Below, piece by piece: positions 22,001-30,487 of a stretch of 64,000 bases of DNA (within the stretch, counting starts at the first letter, position 1; each line of letters starts with the position of its first letter). The notes under the pieces are model-generated. The model searched no databases. It was not told the origin of the DNA and was given only the letters and a program-made list of their open reading frames with translations. The translations under genes and the position numbers were made by a program. Where the stretch lies: assembly GCA_963663765.2 (NCBI GenBank), contig CAXXUA010000002.1, positions 192,001 to 256,000 of the forward strand, in the 5' to 3' direction. Source of the DNA: Candidatus Poribacteria bacterium. Its GTDB lineage: Bacteria > Poribacteria > WGA-4E > WGA-3G.

Positions 22001-22384
22001 TAAGTTTAGCACGCCATCCTCTGTTCGCACGACGTTTACTGTTGGAGAGTCAACTTGCAAAGCAGTAACAAGAAACTTGCGTCTCAACAGACCTAGTATA
22101 TTATACTTGAGAATGATCTTCTGAGTGAATAGAATAGGTGGTTTTTCTGAGTCACTTTTTTTAAGTGTAAAGTTTCTCGCTTCAACACCTGTTAGGATGT
22201 TTCCACTTAATTTATCAAGCGAAACTTCATAATCGTTAGAAATCTGTTGTTGAATTGCAGAAATCAATCTGGGCTTAATAAAGTTTTCTAAAAAATAGTC
22301 CGAGCTTATAAAAAGAAATCCTACGATACTACACAGAAGTATTAGCAAAGGAAGATAAATTAAAAGCACTTTTCGTCGTTTCAT
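16025..22384 (-). CDS. TamB/AsmA-like translocation and assembly module protein
   Basis: 2119 aa, N-terminal membrane anchor, AsmA-like N-terminus, repeated beta-taco motifs (GTPDTPRLNG, GPIQEPLFTG), upstream of an Omp85 gene. Confidence 0.78.
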   Translation of the reverse strand: MKRRKVLLIYLPLLILLCSIVGFLFISSDYFLENFIKPRLISAIQQQISNDYEVSLDKLSGNILTGVEARNFTLKKSDSEKPPILFTQKIILKYNILGLLRRKFLVTALQVDSPTVNVVRTEDGVLNLAQVINKDDSKSQSSFAFAISKIQLNGGAIHYTDIEQKLELNLPRIEVNLAGQLDKWEHTGKFSIGQGYLTINGYELPIEQIKDMQFAISTASAEISESLKLQIGNSLIDVGEFKSNLVKGSWNTVVDAEIDVSDVQKLLGYDIQLKGLCHAELVLSGIESQLNGNISLKSDALSVNHFSTVGEGNSEPKSGQLNIAKLNINSDIDLVDVPQITITNISAELAGGKLSGNGKISFDNKTEGTLIQQIQHYVKQPKTYEGNCEITDFKIPSLLSSFPQLTIESPRIHTGTLSATASFTGNTTSVFQLESNMQMSGTTLLVQDKAIPLEDSSLDCNITYEDANTSNVRVDGTIDNTIVDISGSVDRLNVILGNVDFGKLCKIANTVPFSGLGMIDAQVYKDGTATGYAEISKAFYSHNESEPIPIGKLTGNLRFADRVVYIANAHLTNNGQTRNTSIDIDGEIKFDEKLPTRISIVANPLILDENYNKLLFKQPFPIEGMLSGELKLFGNLINNLDGKGSFTIDGGKVWGIKLDTVTLPLEIDDYSVTINNFEIKTNGQQVYMNAHVTNEGEFELNINNRTDKPVQLAKLALAMGITEFPLDGKMDINLSSQQKKHEDFDIKVDFGFSDLIYDNVLLGDVDMDATLVKQSQLIGEHDYFKFIGKGFNESTNIIGRIDTTEESNYHFTLNTEGIDVTPILKIFDQRLGKVSGTADSVVAIKGSLMDLTAPQPEEPSRTRIHPYTVDIKINKTQFQYNSLPITNATPILIKLEDDILTVSECSLNLQGDQSAFVNFTGTLDTKSEVMNFNANSNGDYVFDAIGEAFKIPITGKANYELDLMGNISNPTINLNWQLPILNLLTYTGDFEISSSGGEITYQNNTIHINPFTARVLDNPLEIGGNIFVNENNFNESNLDINIKGDNLDLAAYSDIIRNLIPAEKLNHPSMKKTKIVEGNLVVGVDLTGNISNPILTLNTHSVRNHPIRFSTFAKPIELEQMNLVLTFKEELLHIQDWIVNGEIGTGSINIIGDMLFSTQGNDIMELDLAVSVEELEIGDFVAFSNQKPPLIEGTVSGTATLSGKELDPNQVITSTKIDEINLQANNYQIKNRMPFEFRLDKGELNSHLPLKISSPRASTNVDIRINQTLMNPNITMHWNGTIKPLLQKDSDSPLLWQGNVEYINKQIMVSIELSKSRDNLKLIGMIPFDLSLINTNLIDRFTTSPIKLQLIGTELPITYLPGLDKVFSEVDGVTDINLQLKGTIPKLYLEGNISVEAPKLVLHEYPHPLRNVQVQLNARQDIIEVSKLQLDIEDGTVVLEQQKDLNKLVLDGLTPQSIEIYECSLRNYPLGSTLRNIIPSGFLNDVTGSVTASLKKLSIPLQSFFENGEDSPIPKALQVITFDRLTQKAEVELNIEDIKVGFFAMDTDLLFQNQELIPISLINGNFQIKALKLKNTIPNPDDETQAPLLFTCFARWNMHGEMIANLKLDNFSLSSINPWLPPAYRETYNKLGWLTTSIDIIGTYEKPEVSINIVGNELGINDASIDEFSVQLHYDINGKMWNISGDKPIMRIGSNQLSCSGQVPFLLSLTELQAMLIDDELAVTLDLLLNDLSILKPIAPLFQTSYGKGIVNATISGTPDTPRLNGTGTFDDVAIKIVGSPISLEDANAQFKFTESKIELTTFEGQLNDGNISTKGEINIEWFNINDIRFETELTNCTFAEPRAYQFNLDSDVLKLYGNVDDLILEGNLNIKSGYYQQDWDWEDILSAFSSGTVSEVDILSYAPILRGLDLNIGIDIPNNFRLLSSTAGNTEIEIACSGQITGPIQEPLFTGTVSLLGGKIAFLTTTFEIVENSTIRNNSTTVFSPELQIFLKIPNPIPGVLLSDGSTADLRVTASITGILENGDIDNAKLSLQAEPINSSTTEVFTDADVLALLLPGNNLSLSLGGFTFTITKGLNNDERHIFAEYPFTLFGRRFPIRLERDVNGEYGVDVQLLDRRF

Positions 22385-22388
22385 CGTA

Positions 22389-23219
22389 TTAATTCCGATT
22401 TTGATGACTCTTTCCGTAAAACGTAAGATGTGAGGATTTTACAACATTACTGACAGCACCTGAAATGTCTGTATTTGTAATTTCAGCTGAGGAAGGTTTT
22501 TGAAGCCAGAGAAGATACTCAATATTACCAATGTCTTTATGAACTGGCGAGAATGTCAATCCCTTGTGAATATAAGCAAAACTGTGCTGAACATAGTTAA
22601 TCAGATTGATAAGTGTCTGTTTATGTACATCTGGGTCATCAACAATTCCACCCTTCTTCACATGGGAACGACCTGCTTCAAATTGAGGTTTGATGAGTGA
22701 AATAATATCGGTTATACCTAACTTTTCAACAACAACAGGTAAAACTTTTCGTAAGGAGATGAATGAGACATCAATCACTGCTATGTCAATTGTATCAGGG
22801 AAAAGGTGTTGGTCAATATGACGTATGTTTGTTCTTTCATGTACTTCTACACGAGGATCTTTTCTAAGTCTCCAAGCCAATTGTCCATATCCAACATCAA
22901 TTGCGTATACGTATTTTGCACCATGTTGTAGTAAGCAGTCTGTAAACCCGCCTGTTGATGCGCCGATGTCAATTACAACTTTGTTTTTTACAGACAAATC
23001 AAATTCATCAAGTGCTTTTTCAAGTTTCAATCCACCACGACTGACAAATTTCGGTGGTTGTTCTACCGTTATATTTGAATCAGGAAGTATTCGTTGTCCA
23101 GGTTTTAGAAGTGAGTTGTTGTTTACTTTTACCGCACCTGCCATAATCATTCGTTTCGCTTGGATACGACTTTGTGCAAAACCTCTCTCCACAAGGATAA
23201 TATCTAACCTTTCCATCAT
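22389..23219 (-). CDS. tlyA: TlyA family rRNA 2'-O-methyltransferase
   Basis: S4 domain ERLD, VSRGGLKL, DIGASTGGFTD, DVSFISL, LIKPQFE. Confidence 0.93.
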   Translation of the reverse strand: MMERLDIILVERGFAQSRIQAKRMIMAGAVKVNNNSLLKPGQRILPDSNITVEQPPKFVSRGGLKLEKALDEFDLSVKNKVVIDIGASTGGFTDCLLQHGAKYVYAIDVGYGQLAWRLRKDPRVEVHERTNIRHIDQHLFPDTIDIAVIDVSFISLRKVLPVVVEKLGITDIISLIKPQFEAGRSHVKKGGIVDDPDVHKQTLINLINYVQHSFAYIHKGLTFSPVHKDIGNIEYLLWLQKPSSAEITNTDISGAVSNVVKSSHLTFYGKSHQNRN

Positions 23220-23264
23220 TCTATCATATCTGTTCTGTTTTGGTAAGTATTATAGGGTATAAGT

Positions 23265-23397
23265 CCAGAGGTATTCAATTATCCGAAATGGAACTATTGT
23301 GGGGGTTTGTAACCTCGATTTCAACGAACCAGCATAACAAATCGGGGTTACAAATCCATCCCACAAAGATGTATAGTGACAATTGAATTCCTCTTGG
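23265..23397. repeat. Degenerate TIR element containing a REPIN-like palindrome pair
   Basis: ccagaggtattcaatt / aattgaattcctcttgg ends, ataagt near both flanks; interior ggtttgtaacctcgattt / aaatcggggttacaaatcc resembles the interior of 61560-61702. Confidence 0.6.
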
Positions 23398-23449
23398 CAT
23401 AAGTCATTATAATGTTTGTGCAACGGATATCAACATAGAAAAGTTGACA

Positions 23450-25309
23450 TTATACACCAACTGCTAAGGAAATTCCCGCCCGAATAATGGCTTGTGTATC
23501 GTAACTATATCGATCATATAATGTATTCACATCACCATGTTCAACAAATCTATCTGGTACACCAAGTAAATTTACTTGAACATCAGTAATACCTTCAACA
23601 GCAAGTGCTTCAAGTATAGCACTACCAAATCCACCCATCAATATACCGTCTTCAACGGTAATGACCTTACCAATCTGTCTTGCCATATCAATGATTAATG
23701 AGGTGTCTAATGGCTTAACAAAGCGTGCATTTATGACACTTGCCTTGATACCAGTTTCGGACAATGTTTCTGCTGCCTCAAGTGCGGGGTAAACTCTATT
23801 TCCAATTGCTATGATTAATAAGTCTTCACCTTCCCGACATATCTCAGCCTCACCAATATTAATAGGTTTAGGTTCAGAATCTAATTCGACACCTAATCCA
23901 GTTCCGCGTGGGTAACGCAATGCAATAGGTCCCATTTCGTAACAAAGTGCGGTTTTGAACATGTGCTGTAGTTCATTTTCATCTTTAGGTGACATTAGTA
24001 CCATGTTAGGAATTGAACGGAGATAAGCCATATCAAAAACACCATGATGGGTAGGTCCGTCGGCTCCAACGAGTCCAGCGCGGTCGAGTGCGAAAACGAC
24101 AGGTAGATTTTGTATGCACACATCGTGGAGTATTTGGTCATATCCGCGCTGTAGGAAGGTAGAGTATATAGCAACAACCGGTTTGAGTCCTTCCGTTGCA
24201 AGTCCAGCTGCGAAAGTCACTGCACACTGTTCTGCTAATCCTACATCAAAACATCTATCTGGAAATGCCTCTGAGAACTTATCTAAACCTGTTCCACCTG
24301 GCATAGCTGCCGTAACACCGATTATTCGTGAATTTCTCTTAGCTTCCTCAATCAAAGTGCGACTGAATACATCAGTATACTTTGGTATTGCGGATGAGGG
24401 ACGGAGTGATTTCCCTGTCTTCAGGTCAAATTGTCCACTGACACTATAAAACCCGACTGGATCTTCTTCGGCAGGAGTATATCCTAAACCTTTTTTCGTT
24501 ACAATATGCACCAAAATTGGACCGGATAACTCACGGATTCCTGTAAGAACTGGTACGAGTGTTTCTAAGTCATTACCATCCAGTGGTCCGAAGTAGCGAA
24601 AGCCAAATTCCTCAAATAAGGTGCCGTGTTTTAAAGATGCTTCAATTTTTTGTGCAAGTACCTTTGCATCTGATGAAATAAATTCCATCAATTCCTTTGC
24701 ACCAGAACGTAACTTGTTGTATCCAGGTGAACTAATCAATTTATGAAAATGTTTTGAGATTGCGCCGATTGTTGGTGAAATTGACATCTGATTATCGTTG
24801 AGTATAACCACCATGTCTTTTCTAAAATCCCCTGCAGCATTTAATGCTTCAAGTGCCATACCACCCGTTAATCCACCATCACCTATAATCGCAATAACAT
24901 TGAAGTCATCGTTGTTAACATCCCGTGCTGCAGCAATTCCTAATGCAGCTGGAATTGAAGTGCTTGAATGACCGGCACCGAACACATCATATTTACTTTC
25001 TTCTCTACTCAAGAAACCACTAATTCCATCCGTCTGTCGCAACGTGTCAAATGTATCCAAACGTCCAGTTAGAAGTTTATGGGGGTATGCCTGATGACCA
25101 ATATCCCAGATTACTTTATCATACGGTGTATCAAAAACTGTGTGTACTGCAATTGCAAGTTCTACTGTACCGAAGTTCGGAGCAAAGTGTCCTGGATGTT
25201 TGGAAAGCACTGCAAGCATATATGCACGCATTTCCTCTGCGAGTGTTTCTAACTCACTAATACTCAAGTTTTTCAGGTCCGAAGGGTCGTTGATCTTTTG
25301 TAGGACCAT
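23450..25309 (-). CDS. dxs: 1-deoxy-D-xylulose-5-phosphate synthase
   Basis: DIGHQAYPHK, GHSSTSI, GDGGLTGG...LNDN TPP motif, DRAGLVGADGPTHHG. Confidence 0.97.
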   Translation of the reverse strand: MVLQKINDPSDLKNLSISELETLAEEMRAYMLAVLSKHPGHFAPNFGTVELAIAVHTVFDTPYDKVIWDIGHQAYPHKLLTGRLDTFDTLRQTDGISGFLSREESKYDVFGAGHSSTSIPAALGIAAARDVNNDDFNVIAIIGDGGLTGGMALEALNAAGDFRKDMVVILNDNQMSISPTIGAISKHFHKLISSPGYNKLRSGAKELMEFISSDAKVLAQKIEASLKHGTLFEEFGFRYFGPLDGNDLETLVPVLTGIRELSGPILVHIVTKKGLGYTPAEEDPVGFYSVSGQFDLKTGKSLRPSSAIPKYTDVFSRTLIEEAKRNSRIIGVTAAMPGGTGLDKFSEAFPDRCFDVGLAEQCAVTFAAGLATEGLKPVVAIYSTFLQRGYDQILHDVCIQNLPVVFALDRAGLVGADGPTHHGVFDMAYLRSIPNMVLMSPKDENELQHMFKTALCYEMGPIALRYPRGTGLGVELDSEPKPINIGEAEICREGEDLLIIAIGNRVYPALEAAETLSETGIKASVINARFVKPLDTSLIIDMARQIGKVITVEDGILMGGFGSAILEALAVEGITDVQVNLLGVPDRFVEHGDVNTLYDRYSYDTQAIIRAGISLAVGV

Positions 25310-25310
25310 T

Positions 25311-25541
25311 CTATACTCCGTTTTCGTTATCGTCTATTGATTCCCCATTGATTTCACTTTGTGCTTCTTGTGAAACGTTTTGCACTCTTACTTCAGCTTT
25401 ATCCAGAATTTCTCTACATTCGCGAACTAAACCGACACCTTCTTCAAAGAGTATCAGCGACGCGTCCAATTCTAATGTCTCAGGTGATTCTAACGTCTCA
25501 ACAATTTCCTTTAATCTTTCAAGTTTTTCTTCAAAAGTCAA
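25311..25541 (-). CDS. xseB: Exodeoxyribonuclease VII small subunit
   Basis: TFEEKLERLKEIVETLE...SLILFEEGVGLVREC; follows xseA; TTG start with ggag RBS. Confidence 0.9.
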   Translation of the reverse strand: MTFEEKLERLKEIVETLESPETLELDASLILFEEGVGLVRECREILDKAEVRVQNVSQEAQSEINGESIDDNENGV

Positions 25542-25559
25542 ACTGTATCTCCTTACAAA

Positions 25560-26798
25560 CTACTCTAAACATTCATTAACAGTACACACAAGATTTCCTT
25601 GTGAGAGTTTTACATCAAGTCTTTCGTCCTTTTTGATCTGATGATTTGCAGTAATAATTTCACCAGAAACTGTCCTACAGATACTGTATCCACGTTTTAA
25701 TGTTGCTAATGGACTGAGTCCATTCAACTGTGCTGCTAAAGACTTCAATTGGTTGTTATTAATCTCAATTTTATCTATTATTGATTTTTGATATATTGCC
25801 TCCAGATTATCAATTGTTTGGGATAATTGATTTATGCTATCCTTTCTTTTCGTTGGTGATAAAGCATCCTTTAATGTAATAATTTGCTCATTTTTATTTA
25901 TTAGTTTCTGTAAAATTAGGTGATTGAGGCGTTCCTTTACTGATTTTAGTTGGGGGATAAGTTCCTGTAAATCAGGAACGACATGTCCTACAGCAGCAGT
26001 AGGTGTAGGAGATCGGTGATCAGCAACCATGTCAGAAATTGTAAAGTCTGTTTCATGACCAACAGCTGATACAATTGGAATGTTGGAATCAAATATTGCT
26101 CGTGCGACAATTTCCTCATTGAATGCCCACAAGTCTTCCATTGATCCTCCGCCACGTCCGATTATCAAGACATCAATGTCAGTTCGCTTATTCATTGTCT
26201 TAATAGCCTTTGCGATCTGTGATGCAGCTAATTCACCTTGAACAAGAGTGGGATGAAGAAGTAGTTCTGCCAAGGGGAATCGATTTTTAAGTTGCTTTTG
26301 AATATCCTGAATGGCTGCCCCTGTTTCAGATGTGATTACACCAATTTTATTTGGATACTTAGGAAGAGGCTTCTTATGTTGTGGATCAAAAAGACCTTCA
26401 TCTGAAAGCTGCATTTTTAAATCGTCAAATGCACGCTGCAATGCGCCTATACCAAGAGGTTCTACATCATTAACAATTATTTGATACTGACTACTTACAC
26501 CATAGATATTGATTCGTCCCTGTACCAGAACTTCATCACCATCACTTGGTCTGAATTTTAGCCGTGATGCACTACTCTTAAACAGAACACATCTGATAGT
26601 ATTTTTTTCATCCTTAAGCGTAAAATATATATGTCCTGATGTAGGTTTGCTAAGGTTTGAGACCTGTCCCTTTACCCATACATTTTGAAGTTGGGGTTGT
26701 TTTTCAACTATTCTTGATAAGGTCTTTATTATTTGTGTTACACTAAAGATAGTACGGGGTTGTGGTATGTCAAATTGCATTCTGTTAAACCCAATCAC
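25560..26798 (-). CDS. xseA: Exodeoxyribonuclease VII large subunit
   Basis: SGHIYFTLKD, GRGGGSMEDLWAFN, SAVGHETD, TPTAA; the exact start may be a few codons downstream. Confidence 0.95.
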   Translation of the reverse strand: MIGFNRMQFDIPQPRTIFSVTQIIKTLSRIVEKQPQLQNVWVKGQVSNLSKPTSGHIYFTLKDEKNTIRCVLFKSSASRLKFRPSDGDEVLVQGRINIYGVSSQYQIIVNDVEPLGIGALQRAFDDLKMQLSDEGLFDPQHKKPLPKYPNKIGVITSETGAAIQDIQKQLKNRFPLAELLLHPTLVQGELAASQIAKAIKTMNKRTDIDVLIIGRGGGSMEDLWAFNEEIVARAIFDSNIPIVSAVGHETDFTISDMVADHRSPTPTAAVGHVVPDLQELIPQLKSVKERLNHLILQKLINKNEQIITLKDALSPTKRKDSINQLSQTIDNLEAIYQKSIIDKIEINNNQLKSLAAQLNGLSPLATLKRGYSICRTVSGEIITANHQIKKDERLDVKLSQGNLVCTVNECLE

Positions 26799-26990
26799 AT
26801 GATCAAAATTTATTATATTTTATACAAGTGCAAATCCTGATTATAGTAGACTTTAGAATAAATAGGACATGATGATCGGTTCGGTTTGGAAACCGAACTT
26901 ACATGGGGTGTTGTAGCACAAACTAAAAGTTTGATGTTCAAAATGTCCAAATATTTATTGTTTTACCATAATTAATTATTCAAAAATTAT

Positions 26991-27779
26991 TCAAATTTGA
27001 TATTGAATTCGCTTGATACTTTCTGCAAAACCTGTATCATCATTCAATACAATCTGAACAGCATTTAACTTGATATTGTCTTTGGCAACACTAAATCTTG
27101 CTGGCATCATTGTTAAGAAACTATCAATTACTTGGTCTTTGCGACTTCCTATCACCGAATCGTGAGGACCTGTCATACCTACATCGGTGATATATGCAGT
27201 TCCTTTGGGAAGTATACGTTCATCTGCAGTCTGAACATGCGTGTGAGTGCCAATGACCGCACCGACTTTCCCATCAGCATGCCATCCCATAGCATTTTTC
27301 TCCGAAGTAGCTTCGGCATGAAAATCCAAAATAACATGAGGTGTTTCAACTTTTATCACAGGTAAAATTGAATCCAATTCATGAAACGGATTAGAATATC
27401 TATTCATAAATATCTGACCTGCAAGGTTGATTACACCTAATTTTGAGTGTCCATCAACTGATGAGACAAGGGTATAACCTCTTCCTGGTACATCAGCAGG
27501 ATAATTTGCAGGACGAATTAATTGCGGAGTTGTATCCACGAAGTCAAAAATTTCTTTCTGCGCCCAAACATGGTTACCTGTAGTGATTACAGATACACCT
27601 GAAGCTAACAACTGATCAACAATTTCAAATGTAAGACCTTTGCCTCCAGCTGCGTTTTCAGCATTTGCTACAATGAAATCATACGAATTTTCAGATGTTC
27701 TGTGAAGTTGTTTTAGAAACTCGGTTACTGCTCTCCTTCCAGGATTACCAACAATATCTCCAATAAACAGTATTTTCAT
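26991..27779 (-). CDS. ymdB: YmdB-like (TIGR00282) metallophosphoesterase
   Basis: ILFIGDIVG, NAENAAGG, TTGNH, DFHAEATSEK, GTHTHVQTAD. Confidence 0.92.
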   Translation of the reverse strand: MKILFIGDIVGNPGRRAVTEFLKQLHRTSENSYDFIVANAENAAGGKGLTFEIVDQLLASGVSVITTGNHVWAQKEIFDFVDTTPQLIRPANYPADVPGRGYTLVSSVDGHSKLGVINLAGQIFMNRYSNPFHELDSILPVIKVETPHVILDFHAEATSEKNAMGWHADGKVGAVIGTHTHVQTADERILPKGTAYITDVGMTGPHDSVIGSRKDQVIDSFLTMMPARFSVAKDNIKLNAVQIVLNDDTGFAESIKRIQYQI

Positions 27780-27954
27780 TTTATTTTTTCACATTTCTCG
27801 TAATATATTACGGTATGCTTGTGCATTCTTTATTGTTGTGATATATGTCTATTACTCATTACTCCCCATTTCAAATTCGAAGCACAAGCTTTTTATTATT
27901 TTATTACCAAATCACTTGTAATGTATGTTCTGTATATATCAAAAAAGATAATAA

Positions 27955-28476
27955 CTAATATGCTTCTAAATTGGTAAGTGTAAATACGGATGCAAATGAA
28001 CATCCGAGTGCTCTTATTTTTTCCTCTCCCCCTGCTTGCCGATCAATGACTGCGATTACATGTTCCACTGTGTGTCCTTCTCCCCTTATCTGTTCTATTG
28101 ACGTACAGACTTGTCCAGCAGTCGTGATAACATCTTCTATTACAACAAGTGTGCTTTTACTTTTTACACCTCCTTCTATAAGATTACATGTTCCGTAGGG
28201 TTTTGCTTTTTTACGCACATAATAACAAGGAATTCCCGTTTGTAAAGAGATTGCAGTTGCAAGAGGAATTCCTCCTAATTCTAAACCTGCTAAACCATCA
28301 AAATTTGCAGGTAACAATTTTACCATCTCGCTTGCGATGGTAGAAAGTAACTTAGGCTCACTTTCAAATCTGTATTTATCCCAGTAGAAATTGCTAATTA
28401 GACCTGAACGGAGTTTGAACTCTCCAGTAAGATATGAAACGGATCGGATATGTTTTACCAACTCAGCTTTTGTCAT
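27955..28476 (-). CDS. pyrE: Orotate phosphoribosyltransferase
   Basis: GEFKLRSG, VRKKAKPYGT, PRPP motif VVIEDVITTAG. Confidence 0.9.
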   Translation of the reverse strand: MTKAELVKHIRSVSYLTGEFKLRSGLISNFYWDKYRFESEPKLLSTIASEMVKLLPANFDGLAGLELGGIPLATAISLQTGIPCYYVRKKAKPYGTCNLIEGGVKSKSTLVVIEDVITTAGQVCTSIEQIRGEGHTVEHVIAVIDRQAGGEEKIRALGCSFASVFTLTNLEAY

Positions 28477-28500
28477 AGAGATACCATTCTGAAGATTAAT

Positions 28501-29547
28501 TTAATACACCTCTATATGTGCAGTTCCAGATGAAATGACTTCTCCAATTACAGCAGCTTCAGGACAGTCGGCAGCATGAAGTTCGTCTAATGCTGCATCA
28601 GCATTTTCGGCTGGGAGTGCAAATAGGAGACCCCCTGAAGTTTCTGCTTCCATCAAAATATGTTGCATTTCATCCTTAACAGATTGATTGAATGTAATCT
28701 TGTCAGCAAGAAATTTTGAGTTTGCTATGTATGCTTGTGTATAGATTTTCTTTGCCACAAGCGCAGGTGCGTCTTCAAAATAAGGGACAGCATTGCTGTT
28801 TATTCTTAGTGTGACATCATTACCTTCTGCCATTTCTGTAGCATGTCCTAACAACCCATATCCAGTAACATCTGTACAAGCAGTAGCTTCATTTTTTACC
28901 ATCACTTCTGCGGCGGAAGCGTTTAGACGTGTCATAGATTCAACCAATTGTGGAAGTACTTCATCACTGATTTTATTGAATTTCAATCCGGTGGTGAGAA
29001 TGCCGATCCCCAGATTTTTTGTTAAGATCAGAATATCACCAGGACACGCCCCATAATTCCTAACAAATTTTTCCGGATGTACAACACCTGTAACAGCTAA
29101 TCCATACATCAGTTCAGGAGCGTCTACTGTGTGACCACCAAGAAGTGCAGCACCAGATTCTGCTGCTTTATCCGCTCCACCTTTGACAATGTCACCCAGA
29201 ATTGATAAATCAAGGTTATCTTTAGGCCAACATGCAATGTTCAAAGCAGTTTTTGGTACTCCACCCATACTATATACATCACTTAGTGAGTTTGTTGCTG
29301 CAATTGCACCAAATGTATAAGGATCGTCAACAATAGGAGTGAAGTAGTCTACTGTGTTGACAAGAGCAAGCTCATCAGATAATCGATATATACCCGCATC
29401 ATCAGATGTTTCTGTTCCAACAAGCAGATTTGGATCGGTAGATTTTGGAAGGTTTTCCAAAACTTGCGAAAGCTCACCCGGAGCAAGTTTTGATGCTCAG
29501 CCAGCACATTTGACTGTCTTGGTAAGTCTTATCTTTTTTTTTGTCAT
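28501..29547 (-). CDS. selD: Selenide, water dikinase SelD, selenocysteine-containing (Sec17)
   Basis: Extending the listed ORF upstream through TGA (tca at + 29497-29499) gives MTKKKIRLTKTVKCAG-U-ASKLAPGELSQVLENLP; body has DDAGIY, TVDYFTPIVDDP, GGHT, DVTGYGLLGH, ETSGGLL. Confidence 0.95.
29458..29492 (-). promoter_or_regulatory. Putative bacterial SECIS hairpin of selD
   Basis: mRNA just after UGA: caaaacuu-gcuc-cgggu-gagc-uuucgc-aaguuuug, a stem-loop with a G-rich apical loop. Confidence 0.65.
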
Positions 29548-29591
29548 TGTGTTTGTGTTGTATCTTTCCTTGATTGAATTCTTTATATTGT

Positions 29592-30194
29592 TTATGCATC
29601 AAATAGATAGTTAACTGCTTGTTGAAGTTGAAGAAAGATTGTGTTGAACTGTTCCATTGTTGCTTTTTCCCTCTTTTCTGTTTCTTTCCTATTGATATGT
29701 AATCGTAAACTCTCCATAATGCTTCTATAGTACCACGATTGTGCTTCTAACCTTCCATGAAAACGTTCCCAAACTATATCACCAATGACATCATACTCAG
29801 AGATAACTGTTCGTAGATTATGTAGTTTGTCAGCACAAGTGACAAGGCAAATCTCTGTACTTGCAGTTTTCAACGTTTCAATCAGTTCTGTTTTTCTTTC
29901 TCGCCACTTTAGAGATTTGTTTTCTGAACATGCATCAACTATCTCCGCAATTAGTTCACCGAAAGTATTGCGAATACATTCCAGTGTTATGTCAGTATCC
30001 TCAACAGTATCATGCAGAATTCCTGCTATTACAACATCCTCAGAACATCCTTCCCCCATAAGAATGAGACCTACTGCATACGGATGTGATATGTAAGGTG
30101 TTTCAGTGCCTTTTCGAAATTGTCCATCGTGTGCCTGTGCAGCGAGTTCTAACGCTTCTTCAATACGGTTTTTCCGTATACCTTCAACCGCCAT
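29592..30194 (-). CDS. HD-domain protein, Mesh1/small alarmone hydrolase-like
   Basis: AHDGQFRKGTETPYISHP, AGILHDTVED, ADKLHN. Confidence 0.82.
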   Translation of the reverse strand: MAVEGIRKNRIEEALELAAQAHDGQFRKGTETPYISHPYAVGLILMGEGCSEDVVIAGILHDTVEDTDITLECIRNTFGELIAEIVDACSENKSLKWRERKTELIETLKTASTEICLVTCADKLHNLRTVISEYDVIGDIVWERFHGRLEAQSWYYRSIMESLRLHINRKETEKREKATMEQFNTIFLQLQQAVNYLFDA

Positions 30195-30417
30195 AAATTC
30201 AATCGCGACTCGTGTTCGCGCCTATTCCTATAAGTTTACTTAACCTATCGTTAGAATTATAAGATAAAAACAGTCTTAAATGATACACTATTTTCACGTA
30301 CTTCGTCAAGATATTTTTGTAATGCGAAAGACACAACCAAGTTTTAGTTACTCACACTAACAACAAATATAAAATGAATCATAATAATCCAATCAACCTG
30401 AAAGTATTGATCTAACG

Positions 30418-30463
30418 AAAAAAACGCGATTTTTCTTAACAAGGTTGTTAAGAAAAATCGCGT
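30418..30463 (-). terminator. Intrinsic terminator-like long inverted repeat
   Basis: Perfect 19-bp IR acgcgatttttcttaacaa / ttgttaagaaaaatcgcgt (30424-30463), followed on the minus strand by a T-run, about 25 bp after the stop of 30488..32701. Confidence 0.7.
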
Positions 30464-30487
30464 AAATATGTTAGACAGTGCAAAATC

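Noticed and set aside
26825-26975. Palindrome ggttcggtttggaaaccgaac upstream of xseA as an operator
   Set aside because: A near-identical palindrome occurs inside the MITE at about 8688-8710, so it is more likely a decayed repeat
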